From Planctomycetales bacterium (lineage in GTDB: Bacteria; Omnitrophota; Gorgyraeia; Gygaellales; Profunditerraquicolaceae), in NCBI GenBank assembly GCA_005239725.1, contig SBBM01000045.1:33724-97723 (forward strand): a stretch of 64,000 nt of DNA. Reading direction: 5' to 3'. Shown one piece after another: positions 18,555 through 29,619 of the stretch. The notes beneath the pieces are model-generated. The model did not search any database, was not told the origin of the DNA, and saw only the letters and a list, made by a program, of their open reading frames with translations. Both the position numbers and the translations under genes were made by a program. How positions within the stretch are numbered: the first letter of the stretch is position 1; each line of letters begins with the position of its first letter.

Positions 18555-20376
18555 CGGCCCGTTTGATTATTCCGTACCTTCGGCTTTCGCGCAGAAAATA
18601 AAGATAGGGGCGCGGGTCAAGGTCAACTTCCGGGACAGGAAGAGGGTTGCCTATGTCGTCGGCTTAGCCGATAAGACAAATATCGCAAAGACCAAGCCTC
18701 TCTTGGGGCTTATTGACGAAACGGGCATATTAGATAAAAATATGCTTCTATTCACAAGGGAATTATCCGATTATTACTGCTGTTCCTGGGGAGAGGCCAT
18801 TGAGGCGGCATTGCCGGATGGCTTAAGAAAAGGCAGGAATATTCCCCAGTTATACAAGGTTTCCGGAGATACGTCGGGGGGTGTTGCCGCCGGGGGGAAA
18901 GCCAAAGAAGAGATTATTTTAGCGCACGACCCATGCCTTTTAAAAAGATGGGATATCTATATCCCGGAGGTAAACGGCGCGTTAAGTAGAAATAAATCCG
19001 CAATAATTTTATTACCCGGCAAAAATTTTGTTATTGCAGCCGAAAAAATAATCAGATCCGGGATTAACCCCGATGCCGGAATTTTATATAAAAGGGCCCC
19101 CCTTGAAATGGCTGAGTGGGCGAAAATAAAAAACGGCGAGATTAGAATTTGCGTCGGGATGCGTTCGGCAATATTTGCCCCCTTTACTAATTTGGGCCTG
19201 ATTATTATTGACGAAGAGCAAAGCGAGGTTTATAAGCAGGATCAGTCGCCGCACTATAATGCCAGGGAACTCGCCTTTATGCGCAGGAGAATTGAGGGGG
19301 CAAGACTTATTTTAGGCGCAGGCCTCCCTTCATTGGAGAGTTTTTACTTGGCCTCCAAAGGCAAGGCGCGATATATTCAGGTAAAGAGGGGGGGGCCTGA
19401 AATAAAAATTATAGATATGAAAAGCCATGTAGGCTTTCACGGTAAGAAAGGCGCCTTTCTCTCAAAATACCTGGAAGATTCCATGGCTTCTGTCCTGAAT
19501 TCATCCGCTAAGGTCCTTTTGTTTTTAAACCGCAGCGGCTTTGCCACGCACGCCGCCTGCCACGTCTGCGGTGAGGTTTTAAAGTGCCCGCGCTGCAATA
19601 TCAGCCTGGTCTATCATCTAAAGGAGGGAATTTTAAGCTGCCATCATTGCAATTTCAGGGTGCCGCCGCCTAAAATTTGCCCTAAATGCAGCGCCGGTTA
19701 TATAAAATATTCCGGTATCGGCACGGAACGTATAGAGAATGAATTGTGCCGGATGTTTCCAGCCGCAAGGATTAAGCGTCTGGATAAAGAAAATGCCCTT
19801 GACATCAATGGGGCGGATATATTCATTTCCACAAGTTCAATAATTAGGCAGGCAAGGGTCAAATTTGATTTAACCGGCGTATTATTTATTGATAATAGCC
19901 TAAACCAGATTGATTTCCGCGCAGCAGAGAAGGCCATGGCCCTCCTGGTTAACCTTTTGGGCTTGACGCAAAAAAAGATGGTGGTTCAAACAAGGATCCC
20001 CGGGCACCATTGTTTCGCGGCATTGCAGGCTAACGATAACGGCATATTCTATAAAGAGGAATTACGACAGCGAAAACAGCTTAAATTCCCGCCATACCGC
20101 CATATCTGTCTGGTAAAGGCCAGGGGAAAAAGCGAAGACAGGGTCAGGCTAGCGGCGGAAAGTTTATTCAGGGAATTGACTAATCATAATAACGATAAAG
20201 CTATCGAGGTTGTTTCGGTTAGCCCGGGAGCGCCTCCGAAATTACGCGGAAATTTTTACTGGCAAGTATTGCTGAAATCCCCGAGAGCCGAATTAATGAG
20301 TAAATTTTTAAAAACGCGCTTACGAAAAGTCCGTCAATCGGGTATAATAGTTACGGTAGACATGGACCCCCTATGA
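18511..20376 (+). CDS. priA: Primosomal protein N' (PriA) homolog with degenerate Walker A/B motifs
   Basis: N-terminal DNA-binding region (VVLGLPISGPFDYSVP…GARVKVNFRDRKRVAYVVGL), helicase core aligned to PriA (LIIIDEEQSEVYKQDQSPHYNAREL) and the Cys4-Cys4 zinc region (CHVCGEVLKCPRCN…CHHCNFR…CPKCS). The Walker A position reads AHDPCLLKR instead of GxxGSGKT, and DEEH is DEEQ. Confidence 0.75.
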   Translation: MRNMYAQVVLGLPISGPFDYSVPSAFAQKIKIGARVKVNFRDRKRVAYVVGLADKTNIAKTKPLLGLIDETGILDKNMLLFTRELSDYYCCSWGEAIEAALPDGLRKGRNIPQLYKVSGDTSGGVAAGGKAKEEIILAHDPCLLKRWDIYIPEVNGALSRNKSAIILLPGKNFVIAAEKIIRSGINPDAGILYKRAPLEMAEWAKIKNGEIRICVGMRSAIFAPFTNLGLIIIDEEQSEVYKQDQSPHYNARELAFMRRRIEGARLILGAGLPSLESFYLASKGKARYIQVKRGGPEIKIIDMKSHVGFHGKKGAFLSKYLEDSMASVLNSSAKVLLFLNRSGFATHAACHVCGEVLKCPRCNISLVYHLKEGILSCHHCNFRVPPPKICPKCSAGYIKYSGIGTERIENELCRMFPAARIKRLDKENALDINGADIFISTSSIIRQARVKFDLTGVLFIDNSLNQIDFRAAEKAMALLVNLLGLTQKKMVVQTRIPGHHCFAALQANDNGIFYKEELRQRKQLKFPPYRHICLVKARGKSEDRVRLAAESLFRELTNHNNDKAIEVVSVSPGAPPKLRGNFYWQVLLKSPRAELMSKFLKTRLRKVRQSGIIVTVDMDPL

Positions 20377-21329
20377 ACATAGTATTTTTTGGTAGCTCGC
20401 ATTTTGCGGAACCCTCGTTAAGGGCGTTGGTAGAGGCAGGGCATAAAATACCCTGTGTGGTAACCCAGCCGGATAGGAAAAAGGGCAGGGGCCTGCATTT
20501 ATCACCCACAGCCATTAAAACAATCGCACAGGAATTAAGACTTAAAGTTTACCAACCGGAGAAGATTAACGCTCCCACTGCGGTGGAATTTCTGAAAGGC
20601 CTGAATGCCGATTTATTTGCAGTCATCGCCTATGGGCAAATCTTATCTCGGGAAATCCTGGGAATGCCTAAAATCTTCGCTGTTAATGCCCACGCTTCAT
20701 TGTTGCCTAAATATCGCGGGGCCGCCCCAATCAATTGGGCAATAATTAACGGGGATAATAAAACCGGGATAACCATAATAAAACTGAATGAAAAAATGGA
20801 TGCCGGGCCGATAATTTTGCAGAGCAAGGTTCCTATCAACGGCAATGATACTTTCATTACCCTGGAGGATAAATTGTCCCGCGAGGCTGCCAAGGTATTG
20901 TTGGAATCCGTTAAATCTATTGAGAACGGCAATTATAAGTTGCTTATCCAGGATGAAAATGCGGTAAGTTTTGCGCCTAAACTTAAAAAATCCGACGGAA
21001 TGATTAATTGGGATAAACCAGCCGAGGATATACATAATCTTGTACGCGGGTGCCTTGGTTGGCCGGATGCCTTTACCTGCTACAATGGAAAATTATTAAA
21101 GATACTCAGGGCCAGGGTTAGTATATATGATGTAGAGGGCAAAAGTCCGGTTTCCCCTGATTCCGGCGAAGTGTTAAGCATTTCTAAAGAAGGTATTTTT
21201 GTTGCGACAGGAAAAGGCAATTTAATAATCAATGAATTGCAAATAGAAGGCAAGAGGATAATGGCAGCTGCGGAGTTCGCAAGCGGCCATAAAATTTCTC
21301 CTGGCGCAAGATTAGGGATGCCCGGTTAA
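20373..21329 (+). CDS. fmt: Methionyl-tRNA formyltransferase
   Basis: IVFFGSS.FA…L…H.I..VVTQPD…GRG, SLLPKYRGAAPINWAIING; 318 aa. Confidence 0.85.
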   Translation: MNIVFFGSSHFAEPSLRALVEAGHKIPCVVTQPDRKKGRGLHLSPTAIKTIAQELRLKVYQPEKINAPTAVEFLKGLNADLFAVIAYGQILSREILGMPKIFAVNAHASLLPKYRGAAPINWAIINGDNKTGITIIKLNEKMDAGPIILQSKVPINGNDTFITLEDKLSREAAKVLLESVKSIENGNYKLLIQDENAVSFAPKLKKSDGMINWDKPAEDIHNLVRGCLGWPDAFTCYNGKLLKILRARVSIYDVEGKSPVSPDSGEVLSISKEGIFVATGKGNLIINELQIEGKRIMAAAEFASGHKISPGARLGMPG

Positions 21330-21366
21330 AAAAAAGTTGCATCAGAATAAAGAAGTGCTATAATCC

Positions 21367-22404
21367 TTGTCTATGCCTGAATTAAGAAAAGACCCGATTA
21401 TAGGACGATGGGTAATTGTTGCTACGGAACGGGCAAAAAAACCTGACCAGCTTATTGCCCCGGCGCAGCAGGAATTTCCTCAGGAAAAAGTCTGCCCATT
21501 TTGCGAAGGGCACGAGTCAAGTACTCCTCCGGAAATATATGCCGTAAGACCCAAACACACAACCGCGAATACCGCCGGCTGGGAATTAAGGGTTATCCCC
21601 AGCCTCACACCTTTACTGAAAATTGAAGGTAACCTTGAGCGCAGGGGGCGCGGCTTATACGACATTATGAACGGCATCGGCGCACATGAGGTAGTTATTG
21701 AAACTAACCAGCATATAGCAAATATGGCGGATTTGAAAGAGGAGCAGATAGCAAAAATATTGACCTGTTACATCGAGAGGATCATTGACCTGGAGAAAGA
21801 CCACCGTTTTAAATATGTTCTCGTATTCAAGAATTATGGCTGGTCCGCAGGCGGAGGTAAGGTCAGGCATACGCGCTCGCAGATAATCGCGACACCCGTT
21901 AACCCTAAACGTGTCAAAGAAGAGCTGGTGGGAGCGCGGCGTTATTATGAGAACCATGAAAGGTGCATATACTGCGATTTGATTGAGCAGGAATTGGCGT
22001 CGCAAGACAGGGTAATACTTGACATAGACGGTTTTATTGCGATTGTCCCTTTTGCCTCAAGGTTTCCATTTGAAGTCTGGATTTTACCCAAGAAACATTC
22101 CCCGGATTTTGTTGCGCTCGATAGCGGAGTACGCCTGGAGCTGGCCAAGGTCATAAAAAAGGTTTTATCCAAGCTTAAAAAGGGCCTGAATGACCCGGTA
22201 TACAATTATGTTTTGCATACCGCACCTTTCCGGAGGGAGAAGGCGGGTTATTGGAAAAGCGTTGATTATGATTACCACTGGCATATTGAGATAATACCGC
22301 GGTTAACCCGAGTCGCAGGGTTTGAGTGGGGGACGGGTTTTTATATCTGTCCGGTTACCCCTGAAGATTCGGCCAAGTTTTTGAGAGAAGTAAATGAGGC
22401 CTGA
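21367..22404 (+). CDS. Galactose-1-phosphate uridylyltransferase-like HIT-family protein (divergent paralog; active-site HPH replaced)
   Basis: LRKDPIIGRWVIVA, CPFCEGHE zinc motif and GalT-like C-terminal half, but VRHTRSQ replaces the HPHTQ nucleophile motif. Confidence 0.7.
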   Translation: MSMPELRKDPIIGRWVIVATERAKKPDQLIAPAQQEFPQEKVCPFCEGHESSTPPEIYAVRPKHTTANTAGWELRVIPSLTPLLKIEGNLERRGRGLYDIMNGIGAHEVVIETNQHIANMADLKEEQIAKILTCYIERIIDLEKDHRFKYVLVFKNYGWSAGGGKVRHTRSQIIATPVNPKRVKEELVGARRYYENHERCIYCDLIEQELASQDRVILDIDGFIAIVPFASRFPFEVWILPKKHSPDFVALDSGVRLELAKVIKKVLSKLKKGLNDPVYNYVLHTAPFRREKAGYWKSVDYDYHWHIEIIPRLTRVAGFEWGTGFYICPVTPEDSAKFLREVNEA

Positions 22405-22424
22405 TCTTATCAGGCAATCACAGG

Positions 22425-22499
22425 CATAAGTTTATCGGCCGAATTTACCCCACACCCAGAAAACCATAGCTATGTAGTTTGCTGGCTGGGTGTGGGGTT
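22425..22499. repeat. ~75-nt structured intergenic element, copy 1 (12-bp perfect stem CCCCACACCCAG/CTGGGTGTGGGG enclosing the palindrome CATAGCTATG)
   Basis: A near-identical element occurs at 28285-28357. Both lie just after a stop codon and about 35 nt upstream of the next start. Confidence 0.75.
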
Positions 22500-22534
22500 G
22501 AATCCGCAATAAGAGAAAAAGGAGCGCGTATTCA

Positions 22535-23551
22535 ATGTCGGAATTACGCAGGGACCCTATCGGCGGAAGATGGATAATAGTAGATACCGACCATCCCAAC
22601 AGGCCGCAGGACTATGAATACGAGCCGGCTACCTGGAAGACCGGAAGCACATGTCCGTTTTGCTACGGGAATGAAGCCTTAACCCCGCCTGAAATATCTT
22701 CTGTGCGGGACCCCCATACGCATGCAAATACCCCGGGATGGCAGGTAAGGACTGTGCCAAATAAATTCCCTGCTTTGCAGATAGAAGGTTTAATCGATAG
22801 GCGGGGGGTAGGGATTTATGATATGTCTAACGGCATAGGCGCGCATGAGGTAATAATTGAGACTCCCTATCACGGTAAGGATATCCCGGAGTTGTTAGAC
22901 AGTGAGGTTGAAAATGTCATCTCCATGTATTGCCAGCGGGCGCTAGATTTGGCCAGGGATAGGCGTTTCAAATACCTGTTGATTTTTAAGAACTACGGCC
23001 CGGCAGCCGGCGCATCATTGGAGCATCCGCATACTCAATTAATTGCCCTTCCTATGGTGCCCAAGAACGTAAAAGAGGAGATTGACGGGGCGCGCAATTA
23101 TTTTGAATACAGGGAGCGGTGCGTATTCTGCGATATGCTGCGCCAGGAAATAGACGATAAAGAGAGGATTATCTCGGAGAATAAGTATTTTATATCTTTC
23201 TGTCCGTTTGTTTCGCGTTTCCCCTTTGAAATCTGGATTATGCCTAAGAAGCACATTGCCTGTTTTTGTTCAACCTCTCCCGAAGAGATATCTGCCCTGG
23301 CATCCATACTGAAAGATGTTGTAACCCGGACAAAAAAATTGTTTACCGAATTAAACTATAATTTTATTATTCATTCCATACCGGTAAACCTGGATACCAA
23401 CCCGGAAGGGTACCACTGGCACCTCGAATTTATGCCGAAATTAACCCGGGTCGCCGGGTTTGAGTGGGGGACGGGTTTTTATGTTGTGCCTACCCCTCCG
23501 GAAATAGCAGCGCAGGTATTAAGGGAAGAAAAGTTAAGTTACAGTATTTAA
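22535..23551 (+). CDS. galT: Galactose-1-phosphate uridylyltransferase (canonical HPH motif)
   Basis: LRRDPIGGRWIIV, CPFCYGNE, LEHPHTQLIALP (His-Pro-His active site), GalT C-terminal half. Confidence 0.8.
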   Translation: MSELRRDPIGGRWIIVDTDHPNRPQDYEYEPATWKTGSTCPFCYGNEALTPPEISSVRDPHTHANTPGWQVRTVPNKFPALQIEGLIDRRGVGIYDMSNGIGAHEVIIETPYHGKDIPELLDSEVENVISMYCQRALDLARDRRFKYLLIFKNYGPAAGASLEHPHTQLIALPMVPKNVKEEIDGARNYFEYRERCVFCDMLRQEIDDKERIISENKYFISFCPFVSRFPFEIWIMPKKHIACFCSTSPEEISALASILKDVVTRTKKLFTELNYNFIIHSIPVNLDTNPEGYHWHLEFMPKLTRVAGFEWGTGFYVVPTPPEIAAQVLREEKLSYSI

Positions 23552-24658
<1,107 letters not shown>

Positions 24659-24672
24659 CGATATAGTATTTT

Positions 24673-24713
24673 TTATAAAAGGGACTGTCCCCGAAAGGGG
24701 CTGTCCCTTTTAT
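24673..24713 (+). terminator. Hairpin (11-bp A/U+GGGAC outer stem, internal loop, 4-bp GC stem with GAAA tetraloop) flanked by an A-tract and a T-tract after gap
   Basis: ATAAAAGGGACTGTCCCCGAAAGGGGCTGTCCCTTTTAT, 15 nt after the gap stop codon. Confidence 0.45.
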
Positions 24714-24786
24714 ATTCGCTAAATGGGGATAGACCTCGTCTTGTCTATTTCAAAGAAAGAGAAGAGACCTGTCCCCAAAGAAAGAC

Positions 24787-27018
24787 ATGAACCTTATTTT
24801 AATTCCCTCAATTTTAATTATCGGCTTAAGCGGGATAATTGCCCAGGTCATAATTCTTCGTGAACTTCTGGTCAGCTTTTACGGCAACGAACTGATCTTG
24901 GGAGTTATCCTGGGGAATTGGGTTTTATCAGAAGCCCTCGGCGCTTTGTTTATGGGCAGGAATATTGATAAAGCCGAGAATAAGATAGATATCTTTGCGG
25001 TTTTGCAGGTAATATTTTCCCTGGCCTTGCCGCTCTCAATTTACGCTTCAAGGGTATTTAAAGGTTTCATCGGGATACCATTCGGAGAAGCCATAAGCCT
25101 TCCGGGGATATGGCTTAGTTCTTTCCTGATAATTTTCCCCTCCGCATTTTCCCACGGAGGTTTATTTTCTTTTTTGTGCAAAATATCAGGTATCGCCAGG
25201 GCGTATGTGTGGGAGACTTTAGGCACTATTGCCGGCGGATTAATCCTGACTTACCTGCTTATTCCATTCCTGAATTCTTTCCAGGTAGTTTTTATTGTAT
25301 CTTTTGCCAACCTTTTACTGCCTTTATTTTTTATCAGGAATGTAGGTCCTGGGAGCCTGAGGTTTTTGACAGTCGCCGTTTTCTTATCACTGGCGTATTT
25401 AATTTTAAACGGCGCGCCGGATTATCTCCACCGTCTCTCAATAACCAAGCAGTGGAAGGGGCAGGAAGTCTTAGATTACCGGAATTCCGTTTACGGCAAT
25501 ATTGCGGTGACCAAAAGCCGGGGGCAATATACATTTTTTTCAAACGGCGTGCCCATAATTGCTACGCCTTATCCTGATATAACCTTTGTTGAGGAGTTTG
25601 GTCATTTTCCGTTATTGCTCCATGCTAATCCAAAATATGTGCTTGTCATAAGCGCAGGGGCAGGGGGCCTGATAAACGAGATATTAAAGCATCCGGTAAC
25701 TAAGGTTGATTATGTGGAACTTGACCCCTTGTTGATAGGCATGCTTAAAAAATACCCCACTGCCTTAACTCTAAAAGAGTTCGGCGATACGAGAGTTAAC
25801 GTTATAAATTCCGACGGAAGATTTTTCCTGAAAGAGGCGCCTGATAAATACGACTTAATCTTTATAGGGTTATCCCGACCTGCGGATTTACTGGCTAACA
25901 GGCTGTTTACGCAGGAGTTTTTTTCCTCCGCCGGAAAGAAATTAAACCCCGGCGGGATACTTGCGCTGCATCTCCCGGGTTCCCTGGTTTATATAAGCGG
26001 GCAGCTGCGGGACTTAAATTTTTCAATATTAAACGGCTTAAATAACGTTTATCGCTATGTGCGCATTATTCCGGGCGATTATAATATATTTTTAGCGTCT
26101 TTTTCGCCGGGGGTAATTGAGGCAACGTCGCAATCGGTTTCCCGGAAGATTCTGGAGGGCAACATAACCACAAATCTGCTTTTGCCGGATTATCTTGACT
26201 ACAGGTTAAACCCCTATTGGGCGGATTGGTTTAACCTTTCGGCCAGGGGGGCAACGTCTAAAGCTAACAGAGACCTTGCCCCTTTCGCCTTATTTAAGAC
26301 GATGCTTTTCTGGAATAAGCAGTTTTCGCCGCAGGTAATGCGGGTTTTTGAGTTTTTTGAAACTTTAAATATAAGCGCCGTATGTCTATTTATAGTCTTA
26401 TTCACTTTGGCATTTTTTTATTTCTTCCGGCCAAATAAGAGGGAGGCGATAAGGGCGTGGATTTCTTACGCCATCTTTACAAGCGGATTCTTCGGCATGC
26501 TCATAAGCCTGCTTTTGATATTCAGCTTCCAGGTTTTCTACGGATACCTGTATAAAATGATAGGCATATTAATGAGCATATTTATGGCGGGTGTTGCGGC
26601 GGGGAGCTTTTTCATAACTCCCCGCGCGGAAAAAATGAAAAACGTCGCCAGATTTTTTGTCAGTTTTGAAATTATAATAAGCGCATTTACTTTATTGCTA
26701 GCCCTGATATTAAGCCTGTGGGGAAAATTTATCGGCCGGGCCCCGCTTATCTACGTCGGGCTATTTTTTATTCCGGGGTTCTTTCTGGGGGCAGAATTCC
26801 CCCTGGCCGGTCGCATATACTCCGCTAAAAAAGAGGAAACCGGAAAAACCGCAGGCAGGCTTTATTTTTCCGACCTTCTGGGCGGATGGCTTGCCGGCAT
26901 GTTAGGCGGCGTTTTATTCCTGCCGCTATTCGGGTTATTCAATACCTGCATAATTATCGCCTTCTGGAAATTGAGCAGCACTTTATTGTTTTTACCGATT
27001 CTTTCTAAAATCTTTTGA
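24787..27018 (+). CDS. Fused multi-TM (MFS-like) / spermidine-synthase-fold aminopropyltransferase-like protein
   Basis: An N-terminal ~8 TM helices and a C-terminal ~5 TM helices surround a soluble AdoMet-MTase/spermidine synthase domain (VLVISAGAGGL…VDYVELD…VINSDGRFFL…YDLIFIGLS…). Confidence 0.65.
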   Translation: MNLILIPSILIIGLSGIIAQVIILRELLVSFYGNELILGVILGNWVLSEALGALFMGRNIDKAENKIDIFAVLQVIFSLALPLSIYASRVFKGFIGIPFGEAISLPGIWLSSFLIIFPSAFSHGGLFSFLCKISGIARAYVWETLGTIAGGLILTYLLIPFLNSFQVVFIVSFANLLLPLFFIRNVGPGSLRFLTVAVFLSLAYLILNGAPDYLHRLSITKQWKGQEVLDYRNSVYGNIAVTKSRGQYTFFSNGVPIIATPYPDITFVEEFGHFPLLLHANPKYVLVISAGAGGLINEILKHPVTKVDYVELDPLLIGMLKKYPTALTLKEFGDTRVNVINSDGRFFLKEAPDKYDLIFIGLSRPADLLANRLFTQEFFSSAGKKLNPGGILALHLPGSLVYISGQLRDLNFSILNGLNNVYRYVRIIPGDYNIFLASFSPGVIEATSQSVSRKILEGNITTNLLLPDYLDYRLNPYWADWFNLSARGATSKANRDLAPFALFKTMLFWNKQFSPQVMRVFEFFETLNISAVCLFIVLFTLAFFYFFRPNKREAIRAWISYAIFTSGFFGMLISLLLIFSFQVFYGYLYKMIGILMSIFMAGVAAGSFFITPRAEKMKNVARFFVSFEIIISAFTLLLALILSLWGKFIGRAPLIYVGLFFIPGFFLGAEFPLAGRIYSAKKEETGKTAGRLYFSDLLGGWLAGMLGGVLFLPLFGLFNTCIIIAFWKLSSTLLFLPILSKIF

Positions 27019-27043
27019 CAAAGCGGGTATTTTACTATATATT
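27015..27043 (+). promoter_or_regulatory. sigma70-like promoter TTGACA-N17-TATATT upstream of pgk
   Basis: TTGACA at 27015-27020 overlaps the upstream stop codon; -10 at 27038-27043; 28 nt to the pgk ATG, which has a GGGGG RBS. Confidence 0.4.
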
Positions 27044-27071
27044 ATGCCTTTAATGTAAAGGGGGTATTTTT

Positions 27072-28253
27072 ATGGGTAAGATGGCGGTTAAAGATATTGA
27101 CCTGAAAGATAAAGTTGTCCTGATGCGCGCGGATTTTAATGTCCCGCTTGATGAAGAATTGAACATTAGCGATGATACCCGCATACGGGAGACGCTCCCT
27201 ACAATAAAATACATACTGCAGAAGGGCGCAAAAAGGCTAATATTGATGAGCCACCTGGGCAGGCCGGACGGTAAGAGAGTAGACAAATACAGCCTTAAGC
27301 CGGTAGCCAAAAGGCTCCAGGAACTGCTCGCCGAACCGGTAAAGATGCTTGATGACTGCGTCGGCGATGCTGTTAAAGAGGGGACAACCCAGGCCAAGGA
27401 AAAGATTATTTTATTGGAAAATCTTAGGTACCACCCAGAGGAAGAGGCAAATGACGTTAATTTCGCAAAGGAGATTGCTTCCCTGGCTGAGGTTTTCGTG
27501 AATGATGCCTTCGGCACAGCCCACCGGGCGCACGCCTCAACGCAGGGCGTAACTAAGTTCTTGAAATCTGCCGCCGGATTTCTTTTAGAAAAAGAAATCC
27601 AGTACCTGGGTAATGCCGTGCAGAATCCCCAAAGGCCGTTTGTCGTAATTCTGGGAGGCGCGAAGGTTTCGGATAAGATAGGCGTTATTGATAACCTTCT
27701 TCCTAAATGCGACGCGATTTTAATCGGCGGAGGCATGGCCTATACATTTTTAAAGGCCCGGGGCAAGCCCATCGGGAATTCGAAACTGGAAAAGGATAAA
27801 GTTGACCTGGCAAAGGGCATACTTGACAATGCCACAAAGGCGAAGAAAGAGATTGTGCTTCCCATAGACCACGTTGTTGTAGATAAGGTAGACCCGGCTG
27901 CAAAAGCGGAAATTACCGGAGAGGCTATACCAGACGGAAAAATTGCCGTGGATATCGGACCCAAGACTGCCGCGTTGTTTAAAGAAAAATTAAAAAATGC
28001 CCTTACCATAGTCTGGAACGGCCCCCTGGGCATATTTGAAATGGATGCCTTCAGCAAGGGCACTGAGGAGATTGCCAGATTTATTGGTACGCTTAAAACG
28101 ACAAGTATCATCGGGGGTGGCGATACGGCAGCTGCCGTATCCAAGTTTAAGCTTCAGGACAAGATGTCCCACATTTCAACTGGCGGAGGGGCAAGTCTGG
28201 AATTTCTGGAGGGAAAAACCCTGCCGGGCATAGCCGCCTTAACGGATAAATAA
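27072..28253 (+). CDS. pgk: Phosphoglycerate kinase
   Basis: [28 protein letters not shown]…GG.DT; 393 aa. Confidence 0.9.
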   Translation: MGKMAVKDIDLKDKVVLMRADFNVPLDEELNISDDTRIRETLPTIKYILQKGAKRLILMSHLGRPDGKRVDKYSLKPVAKRLQELLAEPVKMLDDCVGDAVKEGTTQAKEKIILLENLRYHPEEEANDVNFAKEIASLAEVFVNDAFGTAHRAHASTQGVTKFLKSAAGFLLEKEIQYLGNAVQNPQRPFVVILGGAKVSDKIGVIDNLLPKCDAILIGGGMAYTFLKARGKPIGNSKLEKDKVDLAKGILDNATKAKKEIVLPIDHVVVDKVDPAAKAEITGEAIPDGKIAVDIGPKTAALFKEKLKNALTIVWNGPLGIFEMDAFSKGTEEIARFIGTLKTTSIIGGGDTAAAVSKFKLQDKMSHISTGGGASLEFLEGKTLPGIAALTDK

Positions 28254-28284
28254 GTGAGGCCATAAGTTATGGAGCGATAGCGAC

Positions 28285-28357
28285 ATAAGTTATCTGGCCG
28301 AACTTACCCCACGCCCAGAAAACCATAGCCATGTAGTTTGTCGGCTGGGTGTGTGGT
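28285..28357. repeat. ~75-nt structured intergenic element, copy 2
   Basis: CATAAGTTATCTGGCCGAACTTACCCCACGCCCAGAAAACCATAGCCATGTAGTTTGTCGGCTGGGTGTGTGG aligns with 22425-22499. One substitution in the stem (A to G) keeps pairing as a G-U wobble. Confidence 0.75.
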
Positions 28358-28376
28358 TTCGCTAAATAAAAAATTT

Positions 28377-29150
28377 ATGAGCTCAAGAAAAACTATTATC
28401 GCCGGTAACTGGAAGATGTATAAAACCCTCAAGGAAGGGCAGGAATTAGCCGTTGCCTTAAGGAGGGAGCTTTTTCAAATAGAAAATGCCGACATTATAG
28501 TCTGCCCGCCGTTTACGTTGCTTGCCTATCTGGCAGATGCCTTAGAAACCAGTAATATTTCTTTAGGCGCCCAGGATACCTACTGGCAGGAAGAAGGGGC
28601 ATTTACTGGAGAGGTGTCGCCAGAGATGCTCAAAGATGCGGGGTGCGCTTATGTCATTATCGGACATTCCGAAAGAAGGCAGTATTTGGGTGAAACCAAT
28701 GAAACCGTAAATAAGAAATTAAATGCCGCCTTAAAGGCAGGCCTTACTCCTATTGTCTGCGTCGGTGAAAACTTAAGGGAAAGAGAATCCGGGAAGACCT
28801 TTGACGTTCTCTTTGGTCACATCGACAGCGGCCTAAAGGGCTTATCCGCTGAGGAGGCGCAAAAGATTATCATTGCCTATGAGCCGGTCTGGGCCATCGG
28901 AACAGGCAAAACCGCTACTCCCCAACAGGCGCAGGAGGCGCATAAATATATACGCAATTTACTGGCGAAGATGTATAATAATACGGCAGCAGAAGTAATG
29001 CGCATACAATACGGAGGAAGCGTTAAGCCGGAAAATATCACGGAATTGATGCAACAGCCGGATATTGACGGCGCCTTAGTCGGAGGGGCAAGCCTGGATG
29101 CCGGCTCTTTTTCCGCCATAGTCAAAAAGGCAAGCGAGGTAAAAAAATGA
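28377..29150 (+). CDS. tpiA: Triosephosphate isomerase
   Basis: IIAGNWKMYKT, AYEPVWAIGTGKTAT, GGASL. The ATG at 28377 is the start; the ORF-track TTG start at 28338 would read through the upstream repeat. Confidence 0.9.
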   Translation: MSSRKTIIAGNWKMYKTLKEGQELAVALRRELFQIENADIIVCPPFTLLAYLADALETSNISLGAQDTYWQEEGAFTGEVSPEMLKDAGCAYVIIGHSERRQYLGETNETVNKKLNAALKAGLTPIVCVGENLRERESGKTFDVLFGHIDSGLKGLSAEEAQKIIIAYEPVWAIGTGKTATPQQAQEAHKYIRNLLAKMYNNTAAEVMRIQYGGSVKPENITELMQQPDIDGALVGGASLDAGSFSAIVKKASEVKK

Positions 29151-29533
29151 TGGCGTTTGTAATTGCGATACATGTAACCGCATGCATCGGGCTGATTATC
29201 ATTGTCCTCATCCAATCCGGAAGGGGCGGAGGCCTGGTGGAAAATTTATCGAGCCTGGAGTCGGTGTTCGGCACAAAGACAAATGCATTTTTGACCCGGG
29301 CTACAACCGTGCTTTCAGTAATATTTTTTGTAACCTGTCTTAGCCTGGCAGCATTATCTATAAGGCAAAGCAGGTCTTTAATGCAGAATATTAAACTCCC
29401 GGCGCCGTCTGCAGCAGAAGATGAGGCCAAAGAAGGGGCCGCGCAAAAAACAGAAGACTCGGTTCGGGAACAGCCTAAGACAGAAGCGCTAAAACCGGAA
29501 CCCGCAACAAAGGAGATGCCCAAGGCTGAATAA
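29147..29533 (+). CDS. secG: Preprotein translocase subunit SecG (with extended charged C-terminal tail)
   Basis: IGLIIIVLIQSGRGGGL…FGT, two TM helices, and the classic gap-pgk-tpi-secG neighbourhood. Confidence 0.7.
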   Translation: MMAFVIAIHVTACIGLIIIVLIQSGRGGGLVENLSSLESVFGTKTNAFLTRATTVLSVIFFVTCLSLAALSIRQSRSLMQNIKLPAPSAAEDEAKEGAAQKTEDSVREQPKTEALKPEPATKEMPKAE

Positions 29534-29568
29534 ATCGCAGGCAGGAAGATATGCGCATCATGAAATGA

Positions 29569-29603
29569 AGCTACCGTTTTTCGAACGGTAGTTTTTTTAT
29601 TTT
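29569..29603 (+). terminator. Rho-independent terminator after secG
   Basis: GCTACCGTTTTTCGAACGGTAG hairpin followed by TTTTTTTATTTTT. Confidence 0.6.
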
Positions 29604-29619
29604 TCCCGTGTAATGGCCT

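Noticed and set aside
27050-27736. 228-aa minus-strand ORF
   Set aside because: It lies entirely inside the well-supported pgk gene on the opposite strand. The composition is low-complexity S/P/A-rich, typical of an antisense shadow ORF.
28338-28376. TTG-initiated N-terminal extension of tpiA in the ORF track
   Set aside because: The extension would translate the conserved structured repeat element. The canonical TIM N-terminus IIAGNWKM begins right after the ATG at 28377.
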